Assembly (NCBI RefSeq): GCF_009914755.1
Contig: NC_060938.1
DNA length: 64,000 nt
Strand: one strand, 5' to 3'
DNA from: the human T2T-CHM13v2.0 reference genome, Homo sapiens
A program made the position numbers and the translations under genes. The notes under the pieces were generated by a model. The model worked only from the letters and a program-made list of their open reading frames with translations. It did not search any database and had not been told where the DNA came from. Shown piece by piece: positions 38,685 through 57,349 of this stretch (the stretch's first letter is position 1; each line of letters opens with the position of its first letter).

Positions 38685-38865
38685 CTCGCATGCCTGACGT
38701 GGGACAGGAGCATCAGGAGGTTAGCCAGGCGCATGGATTGCTGCTGGGAGGAGATGCCGCTCTTGGCAATCACCCAAACCAAAGCATCGGTCACGGCGTT
38801 CAGCAAGTGAGCCAGCTTCCGGCTGCTGTCAGCATCCTGGGTCGCTGTGACCAGAGGGTACATAC
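38685..38865 (-). CDS. ESR2: ESR2 LBD exon (S)MYPLVTAT...HVRHA; 181 nt
   Basis: tccag|GTATG, AG|gtacgc; recognised ERbeta peptide. Confidence 0.97.
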
Positions 38866-40537
38866 CTGGACAAAGAATAAAAGCCAGAAGTCATTGCTCT
38901 GAGCAAAGGAGCAGAAGTCGTGTGCTCAGCTGTTCCGTGCGCCTGCTCCGAGGTGATCTGGGTTGCTTTGACAGCTGCATGTGTGGCAGGAGCTTATAAG
39001 CATGGTCTTACCTCCCCCAGGGGATCTTCCCTGAGAGCCAGCCCCGTCACAGAGCTAGAAGAGAAGCCTGGCCTAATGCAGACAGACTAAATTGCCACCT
39101 GAAGTGTCCACCAGGCCCATAATTGTGGCCTTGCCGTGGCGAGTATATCTAGTCTCCCGAAATCATTACGTGGTGTTTCTCATCTGCAGCAACAGATACA
39201 GAGATGGTCAGAAGGTGAGATTAATTCTACTTTTAGCCCCACGGAGGGCTCCCCATCTAAAGGGAGTTTAATAAACAAAGGAATGGCCAATGTGATGAAG
39301 CCTCCTCTGCCACCTCCTTGTGTGTACCACGTGCCGCAGCCAGCCATGGCAGGGCCCCTGCTACCACCTCTGCATCTCGCTTGAGTGGCACCTGGCTGGG
39401 GCAGGAAGACCACTGATTTGGAGTCAGACAGACCTACTTTCTAGCCACCATCTGGAGCTCTCTGAGCCTCAGTTCCTCACTGAGCAACGCATGCAGGAAC
39501 ACATCTGCTTAGGTCCCCACAGCCACGTCCTGGGTAGGCTGCCTCCCCCATCCTGCCCTGCCCTGTGTTTAACTCCCCTCCAACTCTAGGATTGAGATAC
39601 TGTGGCATCCCAATGGCAGCAAAGTAACAGCTCAGATAAATCTCCTCCCCCCGACCCCTGCCTGACTCCTTGATTCCCTTTAATAATTAGCTTCTCTTCC
39701 AGGCTTTCCATTTCAAAGCAAGAATAAATATGTGAAATCAACCAGGGAGCTGCTGAGTCTTGGCTGTCATGAGACTGATGATGGCTGGTGCTCCAGCAAC
39801 CACAGAATTTGTTTTGGCAGTTTTTGTTCTCTATTTTTATTGGCACTTTCAGTTCAATTAAGGCAGCTCAATTCAACTAAGTTTAACTCAGGTAAGGCAA
39901 GGGACATTCTGAAGCACAATTACGTAAGTGTAGTGCTTTGCCACATCCCTAGGGACCTCCATAATGTCTGATGATACGAATTTAAAATATTCATCTTTTC
40001 AATAGCCCTGAAGCTGCTTCTCCAATCCCTGTGCTCACTTTGTTCTCCACATTGGTTCTTCCAGAATCCCCCCACAGCCTCAAACCTCCCACTGTCGCCC
40101 CAGAGATGACTTGCCCTCCCACCGCAGGGGAAACAAGACCCCACCCTTGGCCCCGTGTGTCCCCTTCTGAGAGGCCAAAAAGCAGATCTGCTCATGGGGC
40201 TCCGTTTAATGACTTCCCAGCTCATAGGATAGAGTCCAAACCACCTGGTGCAGCTATCAGAGGTACCAGGGCCCTCCCCGCTTCTCTCATCTGCAGTTCC
40301 CACCACACCTCGCCTTGAGTCCCCCTCTCAACTCCCTGAATGTGTGGTGCTCCGAACATGCTCAACTTGCTGCTTGGAAACTCTCTCCTTCCTCTTTCTC
40401 TACCCTGATTCTTTTGCTCATTTATACCCATTCCTCCTGTAGATTCCAACCTGGTCAGAAATTCCTTCTGGAAGCTTCCCCCAACCTCCCTACCATCCCA
40501 CCCTAAGTCTGGTCTGAGGTGTCCCCTGATACTCTGA

Positions 40538-40974
<437 letters not shown>

Positions 40975-41309
40975 AGACCCTTATTTTTTTTAGCCAAACA
41001 CACATCATATTTGAAATGGTAAATATGCATGCTAATGTATGTTTTAGGTACACACAGAAAATTATCAAAAGTACAGAGAAAATTATTTCAAGCTTACTTT
41101 CCCTAAAATTAACCCCATCTGCATAAACAAGTACTTCCTTTTAACTACCCCGTAGTGTGTTCAGCTGCATGACATGTGCTCCATGGACTTCCGCTGCCAT
41201 CAAGCAATACTATGTCTGGGAATTCCAAAAGGAGCCAAAATTGTGTGCCTGTACATGTCTCAGTTCAAAGTGACAAAGATTGAAAATATAAAAACAAATC
41301 CTCAGATTA

Positions 41310-41800
41310 TAAACAAATGTTCATAGCAGCATAACTCAGCCTAAAAGTGGAATGTCCACTAACTGACGAATGGCTCAACAAAATGTGGTCTATCCATACA
41401 GTGGAATAGTATTCAGCTACGAAAAGGAATGAGGTACTGATACAGATGAACCTTGAAAACATCAGGCTAAGCAAAATAAGCCAGACACAAAGGACCACAT
41501 GTTGTATGATTCCATTTATAATAAAATGTCTAGAATAGGCAAATCCATAGAGTCAGAAAAGCAAATTAGTGGTTGCCTAGGGCTGTGGGTGGGATAGGGA
41601 GTGGGAAATGATGGCTAAGAAGCATGGGGTTTCTTTTCAGGTGATGAAAATGTTCTAAAATTGATGGTGGTGATGGTTGCACCACATACCGTGAATAAAC
41701 TAAAAACATTGAACTGTATACTTAATATGGATAAATTATATGGTAAATGAATTATATCACAATAAAGCTGTTACTAAAAATAATAGTAATAATAATAATA
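41310..41800 (+). mobile_element. L1M (L1MB/ME-like) 3' end
   Basis: aaatgttcatagcagc...atggaatattcagc-like...aataaagctgttactaaaaa. Confidence 0.82.
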
Positions 41801-44374
41801 AAAGAACGCCTCAGAACCAAAGTTACAATAACATAAATTCCCTGGGCTGTGTGCAACGAAGTTTCCCCTCAGAGAACACGTATGTGTCATTGTGTTACCC
41901 ACTTCACGAACCACAGTCATTGCCAAGGCCAGACCCTGGGCCTTCTGCAGGCTGTAGGGGCAGCACAGCTCCACCTGGGGCCCAGAGTCCATCAGCCACA
42001 GCGGTTTGGGGAGGTGAGGCACTGCAGTTGTGGAAAGGCATATGCGAAATCCATTTTACATATGGTGGGGTAGGGGGGCAGTGTATATACAAAAAGACTG
42101 ACTTACATAAAATTATCCTGGAGACTCCTGTTCTCATTGATCACATAGAAAAGAAATACCCTCCCAGAAAAGAACTGTGCTGAAGAATACCCATGCTGCT
42201 GCCTGGCTCTCCAGTCAGCAGTGCGTGCCTGCACCTCAGACATCCATGCTCAGGCCCTTGCTCATCAAATACATATCTACAGAGTACTTGCTAAGTGGCA
42301 GGCCCTGGGCAGCATGGGGCAAGGGACAAGATCCAAAGCTCTGCCCAGTCAGGCACAGAAAACCACAAAAATATAGCACCCTCTCCATCCCCCAAAAGTA
42401 AAAACATCAGTTAGGATTCACTGTAAAACAAAATTAAATTACTTTTGATGAAACGGAAGAAGTATAGTTTAAAAAAAAAAAACAAAAAAAACCAAGATCT
42501 TGGCACCATGCCTCACACATACCAAAGAAAGTGAAATAAAATCAAGGACACAATCTTCTCTCCCCTTTATCAGCTGGGAACAGCTGTGTGCTCCTCTCAC
42601 CAGCCCACCTGGTGACATTCTGAGCAGCACAGTGGTGGGGGACAGCCACCTCTCCTTCAAGATTTGCCACGTCTGATTTGTTCAAAGGATGAAAACATAA
42701 GCTTTCCTTGACTGAAGGCAAATAAATGAGAAAAATCTAATGTGCTAATAGAAGTCCCAGAATACTGACCAAAGGGAAGAAGTCCTGGCTTTGGGGAGCC
42801 GTATGTGGCGTTTGCTTGTTTGCTTTGAGGAAAGGAACCTCTGGCCATGACCCACGCCCTCTGTCACCACCTCCTGCCCCCAGCACATGAGGGCAGATGG
42901 GACTCAAAAGGTGCCATGGTGTGAGGCTGCAGGCTGCTGTTCAACTGTGCTTTGCCCCAGTGTTCTTGGTCAACAGAAAAGGACCCCCGCATCTTTCCTC
43001 ATCAGCATCCATCTATGTCTTTGTCTTCTCCACCCACCCACTCCATGGGAACTCTCCCTATAAACTCAGAGGGAACTAGGGTTTAAGCCAGTGTCTCTTA
43101 ATAATTTTCTTAATGTAAAATAGGATTTCCTGGCTTAACCCCTCTATTTCTTTCATTTAATGAAAAGTTTCATCCTTTGTAAATCTTAAAACTGTTTAAA
43201 TAGACTTGTTTCTAATTTAAAATATTTTAAAGACTATGGATAATCAATGTAATTAATTACACTCTAATTCCTAAATTCCATACCCCCTCTAATTCTATCC
43301 AAGGGAGGATTTGGGTGGCAAGATGGCCAGTCTGTCTGTTGGGTGTTGGGTAGGCTATTTTATTAACTATGACACTTGCATAACACCTTAGAGTTTATAA
43401 AAACACTCTAACAAGCATTGTAACAGGTTGTTAAATGCAACATTTTTCTGTTGTCTCTTACTCTCAAGAGCCATATCAAAGGCTAAGTATGATACAGGAA
43501 TTCCAAGTACCACACAACCTATATATGCATAGTGGAAGAGGATTGGCTGAGAGAGTTAGAATGTTGTGGTCCTTTCCCTTGCCTCCCCAAGAGAGAAATA
43601 TGTGCCTCTCCACTTAAGCCCACCATGGATCAGACCTTTGATTAACTATTTGAGTATATATCCCATTCTAGACCAAAAGCATTATATCTAAATCATTTTG
43701 ACATCCTTAGTATTTAGAAGTCATTAATATACATACCAGAAACTGAGCTGAAATTTAGCTGGATGACACAGTTAATTTCCATTCCATATTATAGCCATTA
43801 TTAGTAGATATGCATAACCCAGAAATGGGCAGCTTTTAAAACATGACTACTGACAAACCGCGACCTGGCCAGCTAGCGTGCTGTACCACTGCAGATGTGA
43901 TTGAGTGACATAATCCTAACTTAAGCATGTCACATACACAGGAAAACAGGAGACCAAACTATGCAGGAGACCATCGTCAGACAGCCCAATGCTTATCTAG
44001 CCTGGCAAGGCCATCTAGCAGCAACCAAATGCAGCGCTTGGAAACTCTGCTATCCTAACATGGAATAGAGAAGTTCGCAGCCTTTTGACTTAAGAGACCT
44101 ACCCCCATTTCTCCTCTCCTGACCCTTATCCTCCAGGGCCTCCACCCTGTGATTTGGTTCCCCGCTTGGTGGTATTTCTTTTCCATTTAGCCTACAAACT
44201 TTGCTCTCTTAATCTTTTTGTTTTGCTTTCATTACATTGTTTACAGATTCATCCAGGTATACCTGACATGCAATAACCTGCACATATTTTGCGTGTACGA
44301 TTTGATGTACTTTGACATACATATACATGGTGGAGCCATCACCACAACCAAGATAATGAACACACTCAGCTGCA

Positions 44375-45011
<637 letters not shown>

Positions 45012-45842
45012 TAGTTGTATAGATTATTTCTGGACTCTCTGTTCCATTGATCTATTTGTTTCTGTTGACATCAATACCACATTATCTTCTAAATCAGGTA
45101 GTGTAAGTCCTCCCAGTTTGTTCTTTTTCAAAGTTGTTTTGACTATTCTATGTCCATTGCATTTTCACATGATTTTAAGAATCAGCTTATCAATTTCTAC
45201 CAAAAAGCCTCCTGGGATTTTTATCAGTTTGAATCTATAGATTGAAAACAATACTGAATCTTATGATCCATTAACATCTCTCTCCATTTATTCAGGATTT
45301 CTTTAATTTCCTTCAGCTATATTTTGCAGTGTTTAGTGTGCAGGTTTCATGTCTTTTGCAAGTTTATTCCCAAGGTTTCACAATGTTTGATGCTATTGTA
45401 AATGGTAGTGGTTTTTCATTTCAATTTCCAATTGCTCACTGGTGCCACACAGAAATACAATTGATTTATATATATTGCCCTTACACCTTACAAACTTGCT
45501 AAATTCACATTTTTTAGACTCCTTAGGACTTTCTACATAGATTCTCATGTTTTTAAATAAAGACTTTCACTTCTACCTTTCCAATATTGATGCCTTTTAC
45601 CTCTTTTCTTGCCTTAATGCACTGGGTAGAACTTACAGTAAAATGTTGAATAGAATTAAGGACAGTGGACATACTTGCCTTGTTCCTGATTGTGATTAAG
45701 TATAATATTAAATGTAGGATTTTCATAGGTGCCCTTTAATGGATTGAGGAAGTTTCCTTCTATTCCTTGTTTGTACAGTGTTTTTAGCAGGAGTGGATGT
45801 TGGATTTTGTCAAATGCTGTGTGCATCTATTAAGATAATCAT

Positions 45843-46167
<325 letters not shown>

Positions 46168-46502
46168 TATATATATATATATAAAATCATATGGTTTTTC
46201 ATTATTATTCTGTTAATATGAATTTTGATTGATTTTCAAATGTTAAAGAAACCTTGTATTCCCAAAAATTCTGCTTGTTCATGATGTGCTATTCTTTTAA
46301 TACAGTTTTGGATTCTAGTTACCAAAAAAAAAAAAATTTAGAGAACTTTTGCTTATACATGCATGAGGGAAATTGGTCTGTTGTCTTCTTTTCTTCTAGT
46401 GTGTTAGTCTGAGTGTTCTATCAGAGTAATGCTGGCCTCACAGAATGAATTGGAAAACATTCCATGCTGTTCAATTTTCTGTAAGAGTATGTGTAAACTT
46501 GG

Positions 46503-46856
46503 TGTATTAGTCCATTTTCACACTGCTGATAGACATACCCAAGACTGGGCAATATACAAAAGAAAGGTTTATTGGACTTACAGTTCCACATGGCTGGGGA
46601 AGCCTCACAATCATGGCAGAAGGTGAAAGGCACATCTCATGTGGCGGCAGACAAGAGAAGAGGGCTTGTGCAGGGAAACTCCCATTTTTATATAACCATC
46701 AAATCTCGTGAGATTTATTCACTATCATGAGAACAGCACAGTAAAGACCTGCTCCCATGATTCAATCATCTCCCACCAGGTCCCTCCCACAACATGTGGG
46801 AATTATGGGCACTACAAGATGAGATTTGGGTGGGGACACAGAGCCAAACCATATCA
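46503..46856 (-). mobile_element. THE1 MaLR solo LTR with perfect 5-bp TSD cttgg
   Basis: tgtattagtcc...gccaaaccatatca; TSD at 46498-46502 and 46857-46861. Confidence 0.9.
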
Positions 46857-46914
46857 CTTGGTATTATTCCTTCCTCAAATGCATGGTAGAATTCTCCCAG
46901 AATTCCAGATGGTG

Positions 46915-47250
46915 GTGGGGCCACCAGTTGGTGGAGCAGTCAGAACACACAAATTTATAGGTTAAGTTTGCCAGCTTATATGGGCATAGTTTGTGGCACC
47001 CCAAAACAATTACAATAGTAACATCAAAAATCACTGATTACAGATCACTGTAATAGATATAATGAAAAAGTTAGAAATATTGCAAAGTGTTATCAAAATT
47101 TGACACAGACATAAAGTGAGCACATGCTGTTGGAAAAAATGGTACTAACAGACTTGTTCAATGCAGCATTGCCACAAACCTTCGATTTGTAAAAACATGC
47201 AGTATCTGTGATGCACAATAAAGCAACATGTAATGAAATGGGATGTGTCT
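46915..47250 (-). mobile_element. Tigger1 terminal fragment
   Basis: catgctgttggaaaaaatgg...gccacaaaccttcgatttgtaaaaa...gcagtatctgtg. Confidence 0.75.
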
Positions 47251-47702
47251 CTACTCTTGAGCTTTGTGCTGGGATGCAGTTAAATCACTTAGCAATTGTT
47301 TGATCCTCCAGGCTTGCTTTTTTGTTTGGTAGGATCATAATGGCTTTTAGTCTAGGCCCACTACTGAGGCAATACCCTTCTGAATACTATAGGAAGGCTG
47401 AGAAGTGCCCAATACCCAGTGAACTGCAAGGTTTTTCCCACTGGCTGGTGAGAATGTGAACTGTTCCTGGCCCTGTGTGAACTCTAGGGATTGTTTCGCC
47501 CGCTCCTTTCTGATGGTTCTTTCCCTGTCCTTGGTATCCTCATAAGCATGGGCAGATTAGCACTCAGCTGAAGACTTGAAGAGGACTCTCCATAGATCTC
47601 CAAAATTCTTTGTGCAGCTCTTTCCCACTCAGTACTCTCCCCTCCAAGTCCTAGCTGCCTTGCTACCAAGGGAGACCACTGGTGTCTATTTGGGTTACCC
47701 TT

Positions 47703-48582
<880 letters not shown>

Positions 48583-48929
48583 CCCATCCCTGCTTTGCAA
48601 CCTGGAAACTGGCTCCAGGCAGTAAACTGGACAATCAAAGGGCTCTCCTCGTTTGTGTCCCTCCTCCTGGGGATCACTGTTGTCCAATGTCCAATATCTG
48701 TTTTATATATTCTGTCAGGGTTTTAAATTTTAAGGCGGGGAGGCAGATTCCATCCCTATTTTTTTTTAAATTTAAATACCACAAATAATCCAGAAGAAAA
48801 AAGCCTGTACTTACAAATCCTTAAAACCTAGCATAGAAAAGACTCACTTAACCTAGCAGTGAAAATTGTCCCATTTTCGCCATAGCAATGCTGAACAGGA
48901 TCAATTTATTTTGACAATTGTTATGACTA

Positions 48930-49256
<327 letters not shown>

Positions 49257-49758
49257 TTAAACTTGGATTTACAGTAAACAAATTTTACTCGTTTACTGCC
49301 ACAAGTGGTAATTACATCACATGTCTCCCTCGCCTTCTGTAATTATCTCAATGTGGCAGTTCTGTCATGCTGCAGGGGAATGCTGTAGCCTTCATCTTTC
49401 CCATTTGCACAGATGCTGCGTCTAGCTTTGACAACAACACAATATGATGTCTGGGAGGCTAAAATGCCTATAAGGAGCCTTGCCAAACAGAAGGCTTTAT
49501 ACTGTAAAGTGTTGTAACAACAAGCAAACAGTGCTTTCCGAGAAGCACTTTCCTGCACAGAAAAGAGATCTAAATTATTTCTGAAAGTGAGAGAAGCCCC
49601 ATCATCTGGCATTTGATGATCTTCCATTGCCAAGATGGGAAGGTACTCTTCAAGCAGATCCTCCCTTTGACAGAAATGGCAGCACCTATGTGAGGTAATG
49701 TTGGTAGGTGGTTTGGAAAAGGTCAGAAAGGGTTGATCTTATTCCATGATCAATTTCA

Positions 49759-50480
<722 letters not shown>

Positions 50481-51695
50481 ACACCTGGCTGGACTTTCCT
50501 TATATGCACATCAACATAATCATCAGTATAAGCTGGGCCCTCATGTTATTCTGTAAAAGGTGAATGGTAACAATAAACAGGGAAGGGTGTGTTGGGTGCA
50601 GGGGAAATGACCTGTTAGGCAGGTAAGGCCAGATTGAGACTTAACTAGGAAATGCTCAAAGGTTGTCTTCCAGGTCTCTGTACCTTCACATGGCCTTCAG
50701 ATTCCTTCTTCATTCTCCCTCACCCAGTTCTTCAGGGGCTAACCCCACCCTCCACCCTAGATCCAAGCAACTCTTGGACAGTATCCTGTGCTCTCTCCAG
50801 AGCTAATGTATGGTCTGTTGCCCATTTACAAAGAGATGGGTAGAAATTGAGTGTAAGCATTTAGGAACATTTTTAGCAATCGACAGAGTAATTTTAAATC
50901 AGTTGAATGTGATAACTAATAATATTATAAACTAGGACTTGTATTTTACACTTTTATTTTTCTCATAATTCATTTTTGTTATATTTTGCAAAAGTAACTA
51001 TCCTTAACACTCCAGCCTGGTCAACAGAGTGAGGCTCTGTCTCAAAACAAACAAACAAACAAAAAAACTAGTGCCAATATCCAAGAGTCTGTGAGAGAAG
51101 ACACGTATGAAGGTCAGCTGGCCCCAGATCAAGAGGCAGCTGGAAACATGTGACCACAGTGAATTCTGCATTGAATCTTGGCTTCAGGAACTGCTACTTT
51201 GGCTGATTTAAAGACCGTAGTATAATATGATCTGATATATCCCTGTTGTTTCAAGTATCGAACTCTAAGATTGGATAAATAAGGCCCAATATGTTGTCTA
51301 AATAGAGATATCTGTAAGTCTTCAGGTGAACATTAAAACCTGGATATACAGTGTTTGAGGAAGAAAAAAAGTCAATAACCTAAAGGCTCGACAAGAGTAA
51401 ATGGCTAAGCAAAGCCATCAATATCTGCTAGAGCGGCTGGCTTAGACACCAGGTAGATCGTGAAATGACCAGTCTTGACAACCATCCAGAAACTTAGAAA
51501 TTCATACAAAATAACACATCTCTATTTATTGCAGTAATGTTTATAATGGTTAAAAAGGAAGAGGAACTGGATATTTAATAACAGAGAAATGGTTGAACAA
51601 TTTAGTATAATGCCCTCATATCAAAGATTGTGTTAGATCTCTCCTAGTTGACCCAGAATGGTTTCACAGCATTTTGAAAAGAAAAACAAAAATAC

Positions 51696-52253
51696 AGGAG
51701 TTTGAGACCAGCTTGGCCAACACAGGGATACCTCACCTCTACAAAAAATACAAAAATTATTCGGGTGTGGTGGCAGGTGCTTGTGGTCTCAGCTACTCAG
51801 GTGGCTGAGGTGGGAGAATCACTTGAGCCCAGGAGGTCGGAACTGCAGTAAACCATGATCGTGCCACTGCATTCCAGCCTGGGCAACAGAGTGACACCCT
51901 GTCTCAAAAAGAAAAGTGAAAAAACAAGATACAGACTGTGCACAGTGGCTCACGCTTGTAAATTCCAGAACTTTGGGAGGCTGAGGTGGGAGGACTGCTT
52001 GAGGCCAGGAGTTCAAGGCCACCTCTGGCAACACAGCAAGATTCTGTCTCTACAAAAAAAAATTGTTTTAATTAACCAGGTCTGGTGGTATGCACCTGTA
52101 TTCCAAGCTACTTGTGAGGCCAAGGTGGGAGGATCACTTGAGCTCAGTACTAGGTTACAGTGAGCTATGATCATGCCACTGCCCTCCAGCCTGGGCAGCA
52201 GAGCAAGATCCTGTCTCAAAAAAAAAAAAAAAAAGAAAAAAAAAAAGAAAGAA
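51696..52253 (+). mobile_element. Two tandem AluJ-like elements (51696-51913, 51933-52253)
   Basis: Alu consensus; the first is 5'-truncated. Confidence 0.88.
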
Positions 52254-52479
52254 AGGAATGGTCACCAAAGTTATGGTGGTTATTTTGAGGGCAGGTATTC
52301 CTGATGATTTTATTTTCTTCCTTGTATGTTTTTCTCATTTGAATGTTTATTAACAATAATCAGATATTTATATAAGATAAAACCAACAAAACGAAACCAT
52401 CTGCATATCCTAGACACCTTATTTCCCTCCTCTACCTCCCACTTTTCCTTCAAGTCAAGTCCTTTGCTCCCTGACCTCA

Positions 52480-52893
52480 CGCCATAATGTCAGTTCAGGC
52501 TCTCATTGCCTCTAATGGGCCCCCGGCTTCAGTCTCTGCCCTTTCTAGTCCTCCACATGGAAGCCAGAGTGACCTTTCTATATCGCATATCTGTGCATGA
52601 CACTCCCCTGCCTGAACCTCTTCTAAGCTGCCCAAAGCCTGGGCAGCAGTTTCTAATCTTCAGCACTGCATTTTAAAGTCATACCTACTTCCCTCTGCTC
52701 TTTCCTGAAGATTTGTTCAATCATTCCCTTCTGCAACAACTCCAGCATCTCTCCTCCTATTTTCCCGTAGTATTTTGTGTAGACTTTATCATAGCACAGA
52801 AATCATTATTTTTAATGATTTGTTTTCTCTCTCTCCCTGCCTAAACTATGAGCCATTTGAGGGTAGGATTGTATCTTTACTGAACGAATGAAT
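52480..52893 (+). mobile_element. L2 LINE 3' fragment
   Basis: gccagagtgacctttcta...aaactatgagccatttgagggtagga...gaacgaatgaat. Confidence 0.65.
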
Positions 52894-53257
52894 CTGTAAA
52901 AAAGGAGGACCCCAGACATAAGTATAAATGCATGCCAACCATGTAAAGTGTCTGTGTGAGCACTGAAAAAAGTTTAAAAGATAAACAATTTAAAGTTCCT
53001 TTTTTTTTCTTTTCCAGCAAGTGGCTTGAGCTACTTTTAAATTGATTGCCAGTCATTCACTTAATGAGTAATTTATGTCCAAGTTACCAAAAGTTACCTA
53101 CAGTTTAAATCGCTATCAAAATAAAAACGAAGTCCAAAAGGAAACCATTTTACCCTTTCAAATAAAATAGAAGTTCAACATTCTTCTTAATATCACGCTA
53201 GTTGTAGAAACAGCATCTCTCCCCGATAAAACATGGCCCAGCTGTGTGATTACTTAC

Positions 53258-53391
53258 TGGAATTGAGCAGGATCATGGCCTTGACACAGAGATATTCTTT
53301 GTGTTGGAGTTTTAACTCTCGAAACCTTGAAGTAGTTGCCAGGAGCATGTCAAAGATTTCCAGAATTCCTTCTACGCATTTCCCCTCATCC
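53258..53391 (-). CDS. ESR2: ESR2 LBD exon [16 protein letters not shown]...MILLNS; 134 nt
   Basis: ttgtag|GGAT, CCA|gtaagt. Confidence 0.97.
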
Positions 53392-55107
53392 CTACAAAAG
53401 TTCGTTTGGAAATTTAAGGAACATAGCTTCAGGAAACCATCAAAAAAACAATAAGGAATGTTTTATTTTTAATCTCAAGTTTCATCTTGTAACATGTTCA
53501 TCTGATAATATCATTTTAACTACAACAGGGTGTTAATGAGACCACACCCAGCAATATGAAATTACTAGAATTGTCTTCATATAAAGAAGATAGGCCATTT
53601 CCTATAAATCCCTGAAGTAAATATATGAATAAATATTATTTAGGCAAAAATGTGCATTGGAATATTTTCCTTCTACATTTTCACCAAATGTTTTCTTACA
53701 GCAATACCACTCCTATTGATTGTTTTCAATCAAAACCATATCAGTCAACCAGCCCCAGATATGACACGTATTTCAAAATGAGACACTTCATGTTCCCATC
53801 GGGAAGTATTAATGAGGAAGACCGTGTGTCACAGAAGCAAATATCCCAAGAATAAAACTCCATATCTAGGGCTTAACTCTCACTTCCTGGTGGTCACTTA
53901 GAAACTTGTGTAGCAACTAAGACATTTACCTGTAATTTGAAAAAGCTGACTATGAGAAAGAAATCGCAATTAGAGAAGATGGATTAGAATCAGGAAAAGA
54001 AGGTATACATGGAGGTGGGGAAAAATTTTTGACTTGCCAAGGATTATCTTCAAGCAAGGATTATCTTTAAACTTTGAGCCATCTAATCAAAATTCTTTGG
54101 AGCACTCCTTGTAGAAATAAATGTTTAAATATACTTTGGAAGTAAATTACTTGAACTTTATCTGGAAAATACCAGCTTCTATTCACTCCAGCCAGACACA
54201 CATTATTCCACCTCACTGCTCCCCCAAAACACTCTATTATTGTCAGTCACAGGGTTATTGGAAGTCCTTGACAAGCAGTTAGATGATTTTGTCACAAAAC
54301 CACCCTTTGCTCCCAAAAGCCTGCAGCACACAGAAAGGGCAGTGGGTTTATGCGAGTTCCATTTTTAGTCTCTAGCAGCCCCTGAAGGGGCCTTGAGGTC
54401 TTCAAAGAGCTGGCTGCTCCCCTCCTCCTTCCCCGAACTCAGGGCATTTCCAGCGATGGCAGTATTTCAGGGAAGAGCCTCTGACACCACTGGATACACC
54501 AGTCCTGCAGAAGTCTTTCCCATTACCTGCCGTACATGGCACTCACCGGGATCCTGCATTCCGAAGCACTCACACTCTCCCACCCAGACTCGCTCACACA
54601 GAGCTACAAGCATGCAAATTGCTCACTTTGGTATATGAGCATTACTAAGTTACTAAATTTACTAAATCATAAATTCTGTAAACACCTGCAATTTTCTATA
54701 AGTACACAGGTTAAGTGACAAAACACCAGTGCCCCCTGGAAGTCACTCATAGGAAAAGGCCGTCTTAGAGAATCCAGAGCACTGGGCAAAGAGTGCCAAA
54801 TCTACAGGAAGCCTCATCTTTCCACCTCCCCAGCTCTAGGCTCTCCCAGGCAACCTGATGCAGGCATCCAGTAAGGACAACACAAGCCCTGCACAGAGAT
54901 AACACAAAAAACACCTGAATCACCTTGCCTGCGGACAATTAATTATTGGAAATTGTAACTGTTGGACTTGGGGACATTTGATACTAAGGAAAGCTAGTTT
55001 GAAAATATCTCTATGGGGCAAAAAAAAAAAAAAACAAAAAAACCCACCAACTCCTGCATTGATATTTGATTATCTCTTTATTCTTCTGTGCTGATGTGGG
55101 ATTATAC

Positions 55108-55152
55108 ACACATGCACAATACATACACACACACACACACACTCACACACAC
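55108..55152. repeat. Imperfect (CA)n microsatellite
   Basis: Read directly from the sequence. Confidence 0.85.
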
Positions 55153-55745
55153 CCCTCCCCAAGTGGTATGGTAAGGGAACCCACCTGAAATCAATCCTAT
55201 TTTCCAGAAGTACCTGTGCCTTAGTTCCTCAATATTGAAATTGGTATCATTTCCTCATTAAAATATATGCCATTTTCACTGCAAATTTATGTTCCAAAAA
55301 TGGGAGGAGGGTTGGCATACTGAGGTATTTTAAACCCTGATAAAGGCTGTCCCTCACAGTAATCAGACCATACATAACTCATGGAGAAAGTTAATTTCTA
55401 AACAAAGTCTAAAGAACTAGGTCTGATTGCTTTCTTTTTAAGCAGGTGTGACAGTCAACCATTTCATTCAAGGGGTGGCAAAGTTAGAATATTTTTATTC
55501 ACTCCACAGTCTGCAGAAACCAAATACATTTCAACAAAATAAATGAGAAATGAAGAGGCAATAAAGTATAAGACATCGTAAATGACAGCCCAGTAAAGGT
55601 CTTTCAGATGAGTTACACAGAACAAAGTTAGTAAAGACTCTAAATTAATGACATCTATTTTATTTATTTTATAATTTTAGATTGAAACTGAATTATGAGT
55701 AAGAAATTAGGACAGGGTTAAAAGAGTTGAATTAAAGACAGGGCT

Positions 55746-56048
55746 GGCTGGGTAAAGTGGCCCATGTCTGTAATCCTCGTGCTTTGGGGAGGCCAAAGTG
55801 GGAGGATCACTTGAGGCCAAGAGTTCTAGACCAGCCTGGGCGATGTAGCAAGACCTTGTCTCTACAAAATAATAATAAACCAGGCATGGTAGCATACACC
55901 TATAGTCCCAGTTCCTCAGGGGGCTGAAGCAAAAGATCACTTGAGGCCAGGAGCCCAAGGTTGCAGTGAGCCGTGATGGCACCACTGCACTCCAGCCTGG
56001 GCCACAGAGCGGGACCGTCTCTAAAAAAAAAAAAACAAAAACAAAAAC
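55746..56048 (+). mobile_element. Alu (AluJ-like)
   Basis: Dimeric Alu. Confidence 0.9.
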
Positions 56049-56179
56049 AGGGCATATGATTTGAATGTTAAAATATTGAAACAATGTATCAACCAAACTG
56101 ACCTACTCAGGAAATTTATTTTTGCACACTATCTGTCCATAAACTACTAAATAAAATCAGTAATAACATGGAATATCTT

Positions 56180-57242
<1,063 letters not shown>

Positions 57243-57270
57243 TGAGTGGGCCTCCCTTAGGGGTACACTA

Positions 57271-57272
<2 letters not shown>

Positions 57273-57327
<55 letters not shown>

Positions 57328-57349
57328 GTGTGTATATATATATATATAT
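57273..57349. repeat. (TG)23 plus compound TA tail: ESR2 intronic CA-repeat polymorphism (D14S1026 as recalled)
   Basis: 23 perfect TG units at 57273-57318, then tatgtatgtgtgtg(ta)n. Confidence 0.9.
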
